In this document: in pieces, positions 39,901 to 52,011 of the stretch
Layout: each line of letters begins with the position of its first letter
Numbering within the stretch: position 1 is the stretch's first letter
Assembly (NCBI GenBank): GCA_030704615.1
Contig: CM060733.1
Location: 1,364,001 to 1,428,000, forward strand
Origin: Takakia lepidozioides
Lineage: Eukaryota; Plantae; Bryophyta
Reading direction: 5' to 3'
DNA length: 64,000 nucleotides
Position numbers and translations under genes: made by a program
The notes under the pieces: model-generated
Databases searched by the model: none
Seen by the model: only the letters and a program-made list of their open reading frames with translations
What the model was told of the DNA's origin: nothing

Positions 39901-40546
39901 TTCCATGTTGCCCTTATTGAGACTGCTTTTGTCTCTTTTTCTGGGGGGTTTTCAGGGAACTGAGAATAGCATGCACAGTGGCACAGGTGGATCGTGAAGG
40001 TGGTGTGAGTCCTCGCATCTCGCCTCTGGCTCAGGTGAGTCTCTTCATTTTGGTGTAGGAATGAGGACACACACACATAAGCTAATAGGGGAGAGAAACA
40101 AGGGGTTGGCAATGGGTTATATGCAAGTGACAATTGTCAAAAGTATGTTCATTGTGGGTGATGAATAGGTACGAGATGTTGGGAACCTGTTGACAAGAGT
40201 AGGTCTTGCACTGCCTGCAGTTGATGTGGACGAGTACACTGTGATACCTAGTAACTCTAATTGATTTGGATTGTTGGAGAAGCAAGCCATTTGTTATGTC
40301 TTGCATTATACATGCTACCTACATACAGCACAGACCGTCATTCTGCTTTGGAATATATGTGCTTCAGTATTTGTGTGTTGCCAGACATAGGCATCCTGGA
40401 ACAAAGTTAAGAACAATAATATCGAGTATCAGCGGGATTAGGGAAGTGAGACAAAGATAACGATGTATCCAATATTTATAGAATTGGACTCATGGTATTC
40501 CTAGTCAAGGTGTAATGTCCATGCAGCTTGGTGGTATGAAGGGCGG

Positions 40547-40822
40547 GTGTACAGTATGGTGACATCGGGTTCTGTTGTTCACGACAGGACTTATGAGGTA
40601 TCTGTTGGCAATTTTCCAAATTGCATATGCCCGGACTTCCAGAACACTTTATCAAGCTCTATTGGAAAGAAACCCAAATTTGTCCCGTGCAAACAACTAT
40701 ACTACATCTACATTTACGGGATGTTTTGTGATCCTCACCGAGACACGTGCATTCACCAGTGTACAATGGGTCCCACTGACATTCATACACTTCTCCAGCG
40801 TGATAGGATTACTGAAATGTGA
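40547..40822 (+). pseudogene. SWIM-type zinc-finger domain remnant
   Basis: YEVSVGNFPNCICPDF...KFVPCKQ fits SWIM Y.V......CxC.DF..CxH (H changed to Q). The upstream frame is interrupted by stops. Confidence 0.7.
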
Positions 40823-40951
40823 GGTGTTCAGAAGGAGTTGGATTCTTTGACAATGATTCCACTTTGTTCAATGTAATGTTTTTAACATGTTCTATTTCTG
40901 TTTTGGCTAAATCTGTTTCGGTTTGTTTGTTTTGGGGTTGGTGGTTTTTCC

Positions 40952-41656
40952 AATTAAGATGTCGTTGACGACACCTTAATCCACCCACCTGCACACGCAC
41001 TGCCTTCATATCTTTGTTGGATTCATATTTTTTGGGTTATTTGGGTTTTTTGATGAATTGAAATGTCGCAAAAGGTGGTGGGAAATAAGATGTCGTTGAT
41101 GACACCTTAATTCCTCCAACCTGCACATGCACCGCCGTGAAAGTTTTGTTCAGGTGGTCGGAATTAAGATGTCGTTGACGACATCTTAATCCCCCCGACC
41201 TACATACGCACCACCTTGAAAATTCTGTTGAGGTTGTTGGAATTAAGATGTCGTTGACGACACCTTAAACCCCCCTTCACACGCACCGCCTTCAAAGCTT
41301 TTCTGGATTCATTTTTTTCTGGTTTTTTGGGTTTTTCCATGAACTGTCATATTACAACAAATTGTGGGAATTAAGATGTCGTTGACGACACCTTAATCGC
41401 CCCGACCTGCACACGCACCGCCTTCAAATTTTTGTTGGATTTCTGTTTTTTCCATTTTTGGGCCATAATCTGAAAAGACGTGGCAGTAGCTGGTGGGATT
41501 TAAGATGTCGTTGACGACACCTTAATCGCCGCGACCTGCACAGGTGTCGGCTTTGTAGTTTTGTTGGATTCAAATTTTCTGGTTTTTTGGGATTTTCCAT
41601 GAATTGTTTGTGGCAACAGGAGGTGGGAATTAAGATGTCGTTGACGACACCTTAAT
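40952..41656. repeat. Array of seven 29-bp imperfect palindromes (AATTAAGATGTCGT-TG-ACGACACCTTAAT)
   Basis: Copies start at 40952, 41083, 41162, 41241, 41369, 41498 and 41628 (periods 131, 79, 79, 128, 129, 130); 0-2 mismatches per core. Confidence 0.95.
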
Positions 41657-44600
41657 CCCCCCCCCCCCCCCCCCCCCACCTGGACACACACCGCCTTCAA
41701 AGTGTTTTTGGACTCAATTTTTGGGTTCATTGTTTTTTGGAGAAATGTTTCTGCGATTTGGTTTTGTCCTCCACTTCTCATGTTCTATCCTCCTCCCTCC
41801 TCTGCAGCCCCACCCCCATCGGAAGAGTCCATAGGTAACTCAAATTTTACTCTGTATGTAATTGCCTTGTAACTTCAGCAGTTTCCTTCAAGTTCTCTCA
41901 AAGTAAGTACTGCCAAGATCAGCCGACAAATCTGAAATTCAAGACACACTCGAGATGCAATTGCTCCACGTGAAACAAAAACGAAGTCATGGTTCATCCA
42001 TTTCGCTCATTTCTCATCCAACAGTCATCCACCATTCATCCTTTCCACTTTTTATTCATCCTGAAACCATTCATCCGTCGGCTTTTTCATCGCACATTCG
42101 TACCTTACGGTCGTCATGGAGCTTGGATTGTCCCGTCGGATGGGGTGTGCATGCGTCCGTGCATTATAGTTTTTGTCCACGACAATAGGCTCCCATTCAC
42201 TAATTTGCTCACGCTTTGAATTTGCTCACGCTTTAGGGATTCTGCTCACGTTTTCCACTTTAAGCGTGAGCGTGCTCACGTGAGCTGCTCACACGGTAGC
42301 TGCCCTCCACATTGAAAGCCTGAACATATCCCCGAATGTCATCCATTTGCTTCAAATTCCTCATCTTGTCCCGGGCGAGCCAGGACGCGTTAAGGGGCAC
42401 AAACTGTCTTTTTATAAGTTCCTTAAACCCACTCCAGCTCAAGGTTTCTGGGTTTGGACCTTGGTCATGAAGGCGTTTCTGCCACCATTTGTTGAGCATA
42501 GCCCCTAGGTGGGAGCCACTTCCACCCGATCCTCGTCACTCAACTTGGCCGCCCAGAAGTATTGCTCTAGCTCCAAGAGCCAGGTGTTGAGTGCCTTCCG
42601 ATTTTGGACGGCCTCGAAGGTGTCGGGTTCCTTAGGCTTCACCTTAAACTTTGCCCTAGTGGAAGTGGCATTAGCCACCCTCATCACGTCTTTCAACGTC
42701 CCGCCAAACTGCGCCAACAACCATTCCCAAAATGCTGTAGGCATGGGAGACATTTGTTGGTCTGGCGGAGCCTCTGGGAAGTCCTCGGGCTCCGACTCCC
42801 CAAATTCCTGCCGTTCTTGAGCGGCCTCGCTTTCAGAAGCATAAATCGCCTCTTCCAATTGCCGCTTCGGTGACACGTCGCCCCCACCGGACTCACTAGG
42901 ATCATCATCTTTCGGGCCGTTCCGCTTTCGCTTTGTCTTGCCCGACCCCATATGAGGCCGATCTCAAGGACGATCGCGTACTGAACTCTAGGCTCTGATA
43001 CCAAGTGTCGCGCACCTCACTTCGGTAAGCTCCCCTTCACGTCATAGTTACTCGCTTTGATATATACTTTTGTGACTGTCCGCGGGGGTTTCACAAACAA
43101 CACCGTTCTTTTATGGTGAACCACCACGAAGACCCTTGACTCCCGGTGATGAGTCACGGTGAGTCTTGGCCCACCCACCACGGCCTCAATGGACCGTGAT
43201 GAGTCCCAAGACTCCCCATGACTCCCACCACAAGGTCTCCGCCCCATGGTGAGTCCTATGCCACCCCCACTAAGACCCACTAAGCTACCACCACCCCTCG
43301 TGGAACCACCGCCACCGTAACCCGGTGTGCGGGGCTCCACCTAGTGAGTGCCTTCGCCTCCTTGAGTGCCTTGGGCACTCAAGGGTGCTTCAGCCCCCGT
43401 ACCTATTGTTGCCACTGCCCCCACCACAGGGGCAACCCCTCTTGTGTCCCGACCCCCTGCCCTCGCGGCAAATGGCCGCGACATGGGGATGTACAGGTAG
43501 CCTATGATATTCTCACAAGGTGTTTCATTCAATGACCATTGTACCATTTACGGTCTTTTCCACCTACCGCTGAATTTCTACAGTCCCTGTCGCAATTTGA
43601 TGCTCACATTATGGGGGTTTTTGGTCATTTACAGGGGCCCGGTGCTCTGGATGGTTCCCAGGGGATTTACCTCGGCAAAAAGCCACCTAACCTGTGTCCG
43701 CTGGCGGGGTGGGTCTACTCTCCACTGCCACCACTGCTCCCTGTGCTTTCCTTGGCAATTGGGCTCTGGTTGCTCTAGCCCTCGCGTCTCAATTTCTATG
43801 TGACCAGCGGCCCCTACTCATGGATGACATTGCTCACGTGGATAACGGTCCACTCTCATTCCAACAACATCTCGATCCAATCTGCACGGGACCTTCTTCA
43901 TCCATCGGTGCGGGCTTGCCTTCCGCCATTTGAGCAGTTGGTTCCTCAGGGCTCGGACCATCTCCAAGTGACCATCGTGGATCGCGTGCACCAACAAACC
44001 TTTTCTAGCGTGCTTTCTGCTGCATCTTCTGATGTGCATTGTGTCAGGCTCTTATCTTGCGCAAGACCAGGGGCGGGTGAGTGGCTTATAGCAAAACCCA
44101 CTATCACACTGTTTCGTTTGTCATCTCCAATCTTTGCCACGGCTCTCCGCATTCGTCTTGGCTTACCACATCCTTCTGTGCTTGGCTTACAACGCTGTGT
44201 TTGTCACCAGCCCATCTGTTCATCTCCTTCGTTGTCCATGTGGAGGAGATCGTACAACGACTCATGATGTTGTGCGGGATACCGTCAGTCGTACGCCTCA
44301 GCCCACTCATCGGCGCGTTGACATCGTCTTATCTCGAGATGGTTTGCGCACCTTTGCAGATGTTGTCATTGCCAATCCCACTCGATCCGACTTACTTTCT
44401 TGCTCGGCCTCTTCCCAAGGCATTGCCGCTTTGATTGCTGCACAGACCAAACAACGAGACTATCAAGACCGTCATCCCACAAATGCGTTCCTTCCACTGG
44501 CTGTAGAGATCTTGGGATGTCTTCATCGTCAGTTCGACGACTTCCTTTGTACTGGTGCTCATCATGCTGCTCAGAACAAGATCAATGGCATTCCCCATGC

Positions 44601-45295
44601 TTCCGTCTTCGTAGTTTTCTATAGACAATGGGTTTCCGTAGCACTACAGAGGGCACATGCTATGTCGATCTTGCATCGGGCTATTGTAGCTAGCATGGCA
44701 TCGTCTCATTTTTCTGCTCTTCCCGATGTCACACCCATTTCTTTGTTTGATGTGATTCAGTTGGATGGGATGATCACCTGGTTTGATTGGCTTGCTCCGC
44801 TTTCTTTTTCATTTCTTTATGTTAACTCTTCCCTTGCTATGGGAACTTTCCATCCTTTGTACAGTTACCTCATGTCAGTTTGTAAATAAAGCTTTACAGG
44901 GAGACATTTCACATACATTTTGAAGGGTAGGGTTTGGCTAGCAGATTGGTACAACTTTTACAAATGTCAGTGGAGGGGTGGCTGAGAGTGACAACATCCC
45001 ACTATGGCCCAAGTCATTTGGTGTGTAAATGTATAAACATTCGATATCATGTCCCTGTGAGAGTTCTCTCTTTGGCCTTTGTACTCATACAACCATGTTG
45101 TAGTATTATACAGAGCCGGTGGCAAAGTGTAGTAAGGTAGTGTTTCTTTTCTCCTTCTGTCCGTGCTTGAAGGAGGGGGAGGGCCCATGTAAGTAGGTAG
45201 AACATGGAGAGTGATAGTGTCATCACACTTGAATCTTACTTTTTTCTGGAGGCTACTGTGAATATGTGCTAAAGTGTTGTTACATTGCTTTACAG

Positions 45296-45770
45296 ATCAG
45301 GGCCTTGGCACGGCCAGCAGTGCTTGTGTGTGAGGTTGCCCAGAGTGCAAGGTACATAATGACCACAATCTACTACTGGGAAGCAGCTCAGGCTTTCATG
45401 CCTGCTCTCATTTATGGTTCAAAACGCAACCTGAAAACAGGTGACTCACCCCACCCAAAAGCTGAGTTGGGGGCTCAATTGTTCTGGTCATTGCCGTCTC
45501 TTTTATTTTTGCCATAAGCTCTCTGATCTTAGAAATGGTTTGCAACAATTTAGGGCTGTAGTTGTTTGCATTTTTGTCCCCTTGAGCATGTTCATCACCA
45601 TCAATTTTGCAACATGTCATAGTGTTTTGTGGTGGTCACAGGCGCAGATCCTACTGCGGTCATTAATGGTGATAGGCGTAGTGGTTGGATTATTGTCAGG
45701 GTGCCTGGCCGCATCAATACCCTGGTTTTTCCCCCAAATCTTCACTGGTGACATTGCTATTATTAATCAT
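45296..45770 (+). pseudogene. MATE transporter fragment, DTX46/EDS5-like
   Basis: Exon remnants IRALARPAVLVCEVAQSA (45296-45351), AQAFMPALIYGSKRNLKQ (~45385-45440) and AQILLRSLMVIG..SIPWFFPQIFTGD (45642-45770). Intervening exons and both termini are missing. Confidence 0.7.
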
Positions 45771-46919
45771 GTACGGTCTCCTCCAGTTTCCTGTCATATT
45801 TTATGGTTGATTTCTGATGCAGAGGCTATGTGTAAATCCTCCTGTATAGGAAGGGAGATATCTTTCATATTAAGCTTCCTAGTTGGAGCCTGAAACCATG
45901 TGGTACATAGTAGAGTTTATCCAGAAAGTGATATCTTTCTGATTTGGTATGCCTGGATTTATGTGGTGTCTCCTGACCATTGTTCTAGCAAAATTGGCAA
46001 ATCTTTTCTTTTTTCTAAGACATTTCTCGGTTTATTCTGATGCGGATGACATTGCCATTTCGGTGCGGATTGATGATGACCCTGCTGGACTTTCTCACTC
46101 TTTCTCCCTCCCACTCATAAGGTCGATCTAGGCAATGTCGTGTTGAATGGTTTTTTTTCCTGAAAGAAGTCCATTGTGCCAAATTCCTCATCGCAAAATG
46201 GGCTGGACTGCACCCATGCCACACATTCTTCCAAAGATGTGGAATCTTCCCTAATTGGTCATTTCCCTGGCCACTCTACTACTTGTCTTTTGCAAAAAAC
46301 AGAATGTGCTGACACGACATTGTTTGCTGTTGCCATGCTCACTACACTAGCAGTCCTATCTAGCTTTTGAACTCGGGCGATCGTATTGCACTTACAGGGT
46401 TCTCGGCAAATTGGTGGGGCAGTGCTTCTTTCCACAATATTTACTGCCATAGATATTAAGACCCCTCTTTTTGTTCTCAATTAAAGCTATGATTAATGGC
46501 AAGTATTGAAAGGCACTTTCACTCCCCCTGCAGCATGTCTTCGTGTGGAACCTACTGACATCATCTCTTGCACCCAAAAATGCAATTTGTGTTTGGCTAC
46601 TCTCCTGTGGTATTGCCCTGGCGGTCCTGACTCGGATTTTGAGTATAGTATGCAGTCATATACAACATATGAGCCACTAGCATGCGCGCCATTCGTGCAA
46701 GGTTTGATCCTATTACAACTGCTTAAACCTTAAGCCCTATTCCACGATCTACCACAGTATATCTTGCAGGATAGTGTAACTGGGTTATCATTATTCCCTT
46801 ATTCTTAATGTCTTTGACGAACTTGCAGATAAGCAAAGGAGTTTGCATGGTGAAATTATGCTCAACAATAAGCAATGTTGTTGTATCACTGCGAGCTATG
46901 GGCATTAGGAGAATTTCGT

Positions 46920-49900
46920 AACTGACAACTGCACTGCTAGCATCACCATCGCTACTCATGGGTAAGAGACCAAGCGGCCCAACTGTACAGATGTTCAAAT
47001 TCTCCTTTCGCATAGTTTCTATGGCGGGAGCCTCTAAGTCGTGGAACGTGTTGACTAGAACCCACTCAGAGTCATGCATAAGAGGCGTTTGCTGCGTGAT
47101 CACGAACCGAATAATATAGCTTGAAAAATCGTGTGTGAGAAGGAACGAGGACAGGTCATCAACACGCGTTAGTGGTGACATCCCAGGCAAGCAGGTGACC
47201 ATTCGCGTACGGGCTGCTGACTCCTCGATACTCAGTTGTTAGAATTGAGCAAGAACATGAACAAGAACTAAAACTAAAACTAAAACTCTCCTCCCAACCA
47301 TAGAAGCCACCATCATACTCTTACACTTAGACTAGTGGCTTCACCCCCGAGTTTGTACAAGAAGGTCTCTAGAAAGTCCTACTTGGTCACTTCCACTTCC
47401 ACTATGGTGACCATCCACCTTCTAGCCATTCACCTTCCAAAGGTGAGTTAAACAAGATAGTCTCTTAGACTTCTAAACCTTTGGCCTTCAAGACTCTTAG
47501 TCTTCTAGATATGTTTAATTACTTCCAACACTCCCACTCAATTAAATCATATCATTGAGCTACTTCGTTTGTCTTTGGAGAAGAGACACCAAGTAAGGCT
47601 GAACACTTCATATGTTTTGTTTGTAGTAGACTCTTCATCAAAACATCCGCAACCATATCTCCTGTAGCACAATAGATCATCTTGATCTCTCCCTTGCATA
47701 CAACTTCCCGTATGTAGTGATGTTGCACTTCAATGTGCTTCGTCCTTGAATGATACTTCGGATTCTGACTTAGTGCAATTGCACTTTGATTGTGACAATA
47801 GAGAGTCGTAGGTAGTGATTGGAGATGATCCAAATCTCCAAGCAACTTCGGTAACCAAATAACCTCATTTGTTGCTTGTGTAATGGACATGTATTCAACT
47901 TCTGTTGATGACAACGCTGTTGCAACTTGTCGTTTGCTAGACCAAGATATAGCTCCACCTGCTAGGAGAAAACAATGGCCTGAAGTTGATTTTCTACTAT
48001 CAACGTCTCTTGCCCAGTCAGCATCAGCAAACCCCAACAAACTTGGATCTTCCACTCTCTTGTAGAGTAGACCAGAGGTTGATGTTCCTCTTAGATATCG
48101 AAATATCATCTTCACTGCTTTCCAATGGATTTGTCCGGGATTTGAAAGAAATTGTGAGACCACTCCTACTGAATGTGCAATGTCTGGCCTAGTACAAACC
48201 ATGCAATACATCAAACTGCCGACTGCGCTTTGATGAGGAGTTTTCCTCATATCTTCTTGCTCTTCTTGAGTCTTAGGTGTCATATCCTTCGTAAGTTTCA
48301 AACCAACTTCGAGAGGAGTTGATGTTGGCTTACTCATCTCCAACTTAAATCTTTGTAGAATTGTCTCAATGTATTATTGTTGATGCATGAATATTGTATG
48401 GTTCACTCGATCTCTGCTGATTTGAATACCGAATCTCACCCATGTCAGTCATGGCAAACTCAGCATTCAACAGTGCTTTGGTTTCTGGCAACAACATTTG
48501 ATGATCGTTGGTGACAATGATTGTGTCATCCACATATAGAGCTATGACCATAAATTGCTCTCCCATCTTTTTCACATAGATGTTTGTGTCAGCAATGCTT
48601 CGCTCAAATCTTGCCTTTAAGAGGTAAGCATCGATCCTAGCATACCAAGCTCGAGGACTTTGTTTGAGTCCATATAAACTCTTTTGCAGCTTATACACAA
48701 TATCACTTCCTCCTTGTACAAACCCTTCAGGTTGTCTCATGTAGATCTTTGTCTAGAAGAACCATCTCCATCCTAAACTTCCAGGTTTGATAGTTAGCTC
48801 CATTGAATCGATCTTTCACTCTCACATCTAATGCATCGTCATAGACATAGAAGGAGGATTGCTAGAAGACGACGCTCCAGCCATAATCAAGTTCTCTCAA
48901 TCTCAACTACCAACTCTCACCTAGAGAAGAATGGCTTTGATACCATGTTAGAATTGAGCAAGAACATGAACAAGAACTAAAGTCTTAGACTAAAGCTAAA
49001 ACTAAAGCTCTCCTCCCAACCATAGAAGCCACCATCATACTCTTACACTTAGACTAGTGGCTTCACCCCCGAGCTTGTACAAAAAGGTCTCTAGAAAGTC
49101 CTACTTGGTCACTTCCACTTCCACTATGGTGACCATCCACCTTCTAGCCATTCACCTTCCAAAGGTGAGTTAAACAAGATAGTCTCTTAGACTTCTAAAC
49201 CTTTGGCCTTCAAGACTCTTAGTCTTCTGGATATGTTTAATTACTTCCAACATCAGTGAAGGGCGTACAGATTGATCCAAGGGAGGGATAGATAGAGAAG
49301 AAGTTGCAGAAACTAATGGAGATGGTAGGGGCAACAGGCCCTCCGCAACAAGCGTGGGAATGTGTTCAGTAACATACAGGGTGATAGCGGATGGTGGGAC
49401 AAATGTTGCAACAGGGATGCCCAAGGTTTTGGCTGGCTCAAGTACGCATGTCATGATCATATCACGTATGAGGCACATGACAGGAGAGTGCACGATCAGT
49501 TTTTCCAGGAATTCATGAAACACAGGCGTGAACGCTTCCAATCCCGAAATAAGCCCAGGGATGTTAGCTGTCCGGGGGTGATCTTCTGGTAATCCATCTG
49601 GTAGCCCCACAAAGTGAATTCGTGCATCTAACCTGCCAAGGCTCAAGATTGAGCAGAAATGAGCTAAAAGATTCGAGATCAATATACACCAAGTTCAGTC
49701 ACAGCTCCCAGGTATTAAAAACCGACATATAATATGAAAATTGAAAGCTTGCATCAATGATATATCCCATATGAGACATTGAGAATGTCGAGCGTTGTTT
49801 TCAATATGAATGCGCCTTGGTTATCACCGTCAGAAATTGTAACGTGCTTGTGATTACACTGTCCACAACAAGCTTGGTTTACAAGAGTAGTGGCCGGCCC

Positions 49901-50356
49901 GTCTGTCGTGCTCTGTTTGAAGATCGATTCAAATCACCCTGGACCATTTGAAAGGTAATTCATATATAGATCTGGCGGGGCTTGTTGAACAATTATCAAT
50001 TGAGACACAAGAAGTTTAATATGACATATAATAATTAACCGCCATGACCAAGCGAGCTCAATACTGTGTGCACACAAGTAATAGAAGGGAAGCAACGATT
50101 TTGTACAGTTCGTCGTTTGGACTTACTTGGCTTCTGATCCACCTTGGGCCGCTTGCATCATGCGTTTGTGATTGTGTAGCGTGTTGACAAAGGTAATATG
50201 GAGGTCCTGTGACCTACTTAGGTACCGTGCGAGTTGCAAGTGCGGAGTGATATGACCCTGGGCTGGGAATGGCACCACGACGGCGTGCAACTGTAGGTCC
50301 TCCTTCTGCTTGGACCTTAAAGTCTCCATCTCGAACTGACGAGTGTAGCTAGGCAT
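46920..50356 (-). pseudogene. UDP-glycosyltransferase (GT1) N-terminal half, disrupted by copia and lacking the PSPG box
   Basis: HAVVVPFPAQGHITP..ITFVNT (exon to 50127); IHFVGLPDGLP..CLIRD (49632-49253); CLPGM..VLVNTFHDLE..TVGPL (47236-46950). No WLD/PSPG sequence is visible downstream. Confidence 0.85.
47237..49252 (-). mobile_element. Ty1/copia LTR retrotransposon, non-autonomous deletion derivative
   Basis: LTRs 47237-47530 and 48946-49252 (TG..CA, nearly identical). TSD TCAGT at 47232-47236 and 49253-49257. PBS TGGTATCAAAGC; PPT TTGAGTGGGAG. RT end/RNaseH (SLYGLKQSPRAW, LYVDD, ADADWA, SRTKHI) at 47552-48740. Confidence 0.96.
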
Positions 50357-51454
50357 TTCAATCCAAATTCAAGCAAACAAGTGGGATCACGAAAGGTGTT
50401 CCTTATCCGATCAGCAACCAGGCGCTGTCAAAATCGCTGCTCACGGGTGGTCGTTCCAAGTCGAATTTCCCGGTGCCCATCAATTACATACTGCCCAAAG
50501 TTGTCCAGTGGGAGCCACTGCTGCTTTTTAGAATTTGGGTGGGCAAGGATGTGACAAGACTGAGATTGGTGGTTGGGGAGATTGGTGGTTGGGGTGGGGA
50601 CCTTGATCACAAGCAAGGTCCATCTCTTCATATTTTCAAATTTCAAAATTTGAAACCAGAATTGTGCTCATTGCATGCTCGTGCAAGAAGAAAATCCAAA
50701 CTTGGTGCCATTAGCGCTAGGGGGTCCAGCTTGAACCTCTGAAATGACACAACAAAGCAGCCTATAGTAGACTTTGGAATTTTCTGTAGGAGATGGAGAG
50801 AAGCTGACGTACCTATCACAGAATTGGAATATCATGGGGAAACACTCGGGACAAATCTGGAGGGTGGGGGCAATGGTCCAACCATTTCAAGTCATTTGTG
50901 TATGAGTCCATCAAAAAATTAACATATAACCAGACCTCACCTTGAGAATCCTGCCATAGGAAAACAGAGATTTTGCATGTTCTATCTTTCACCCATGTGT
51001 GATTCCAAATCAAATTCCACTTCTCTTCTTGAAAGCCATACCCAATCCAATTCTTGTCCCATTTAGAGAGGAGGTTAGAGGGGCGGCAAGGTTTTGTAGG
51101 CTAAGTTAATCTTGGACACTGTAATAAGGCAATTGTCCACCGGCAAAAGTCCAAATCACTCTTTGGGGTCTATTTGTACGCCCTGCATGAGGATTTGTGA
51201 GGCCCCATAATCTTTTGGCCCCACATTCCTCTTTTTCATTATGACATGTCAAGGCTCATTGACACCGGGGAGGCCGTTACACTATGTACAGCTAACCCTA
51301 TGTTAGGCTGGCTGCATCCCAGCTCTTAATGTTTCTACGGCCAGGATGCTAGGAAATCCACCCAGCCCATAGCAAGCTGCCAGCTGGTCAGGGCACATCC
51401 CGACCTCGTGTTAAGGGTATTTGATCATTCTGACCGTGAGTAGAGGGTACGTTC

Positions 51455-51950
51455 CAGTGTTGTTCTGGTATCAGTGTTAGGACATACCAGACTGGTCCTG
51501 GTACCAGATGTATCACAAAAAAATTATACCAGTCTGGTCTATATAATGGTGGATGTATAATTCTCTACATACTGGTATGAGTATGAGTATCATGACCACA
51601 ATATCAGCTGGTACGAGATATCAATTCTGGTATCATTCCAAAGCCATCTTGAATTACAAGTTTATCACTAGCAAGTATCAAGTGAAAACAAATACAATAT
51701 AAATAAAGAAATAAATATACATATGTACAAGTATGTAGGCATATATACACATAAATTAATATAGTATACATACCAGGAAGACGGCGGGGAAGTACTGGTA
51801 TTGAGGCTGGTATGAAAAAACTGATACCAGCCTGGTCTGGTATATGACCCAGTATTCTCCCAAATGATACCAGACTGGTCTGGTATCTAATACCAGTGCA
51901 TATACCAGTATTTTATACCAGTCCTTCACCTATATACCAGACCAACACTG
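51455..51950. mobile_element. hAT-type MITE
   Basis: TIRs CAGTGTTG(T/G)TCTGGTAT; 8-bp TSD GTACGTTC at 51447-51454 and 51951-51958; many internal ATACCAG/CTGGTAT motifs. Confidence 0.9.
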
Positions 51951-52011
51951 GTACGTTCAGCCTGGTGTAGTGGTTTAAGAGTAAAAGTAAAAGTAAATTA
52001 TAGTAAAGTAA

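Larger units (their letters stand above)
38684..42310 (+). mobile_element. Unclassified nested element (probable DNA transposon) with SWIM zinc finger, hairpin array and subterminal motif clusters
   Basis: Replaces gypsy pol and half of one LTR. Contains the SWIM ORF, the palindrome array, 6x TCATCC (41994-42077) and ~7x GCTCAC/GTGAGC (42207-42292) at the right end. Confidence 0.55.
38195..43483 (-). mobile_element. Ty3/gypsy-type LTR retrotransposon remnant with 5-bp TSD TGGGG
   Basis: LTRs start TGTCGCGCACCTCAC at 38195 (truncated at ~38683) and 43006 (to 43483, ending GCGACA). TSD TGGGG at 38190-38194 and 43484-43488. tRNA-iMet PBS (TGGTATCAGAGC, minus) at 42992-43003. gag ORFs 42505..42951 and 42260..42499 (KPKEPDTF, W..FK..I..QFVP). 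pol is replaced by a foreign insert. Confidence 0.9.
37975..44890 (+). mobile_element. 5'-truncated CRE-clade (restriction-like endonuclease) non-LTR retrotransposon, split by an LTR element
   Basis: RT end GLFVQPCKC..IRILGVPFG..LPRLG (37975-38194) continues as DVQVAYDILTRCF after 43488. Then LRIRLGLP, CCHC-type HLLRCPCGGDRTTTHDVVRD and the RLE motif RRVDI..ADVV..K..Y..FLPLAVE.LG..SVALQRA. Confidence 0.8.

Noticed and set aside
40952-41656. Bona fide CRISPR array
   Set aside because: The spacers are homologous to one another and 50-100 bp long, there are no cas genes, and the context is a eukaryotic TE. Kept as a palindrome array.
50816-51100. L1 zf-RVT remnant (IW...KISVFLW)
   Set aside because: The motif is too short and degenerate to support a call.
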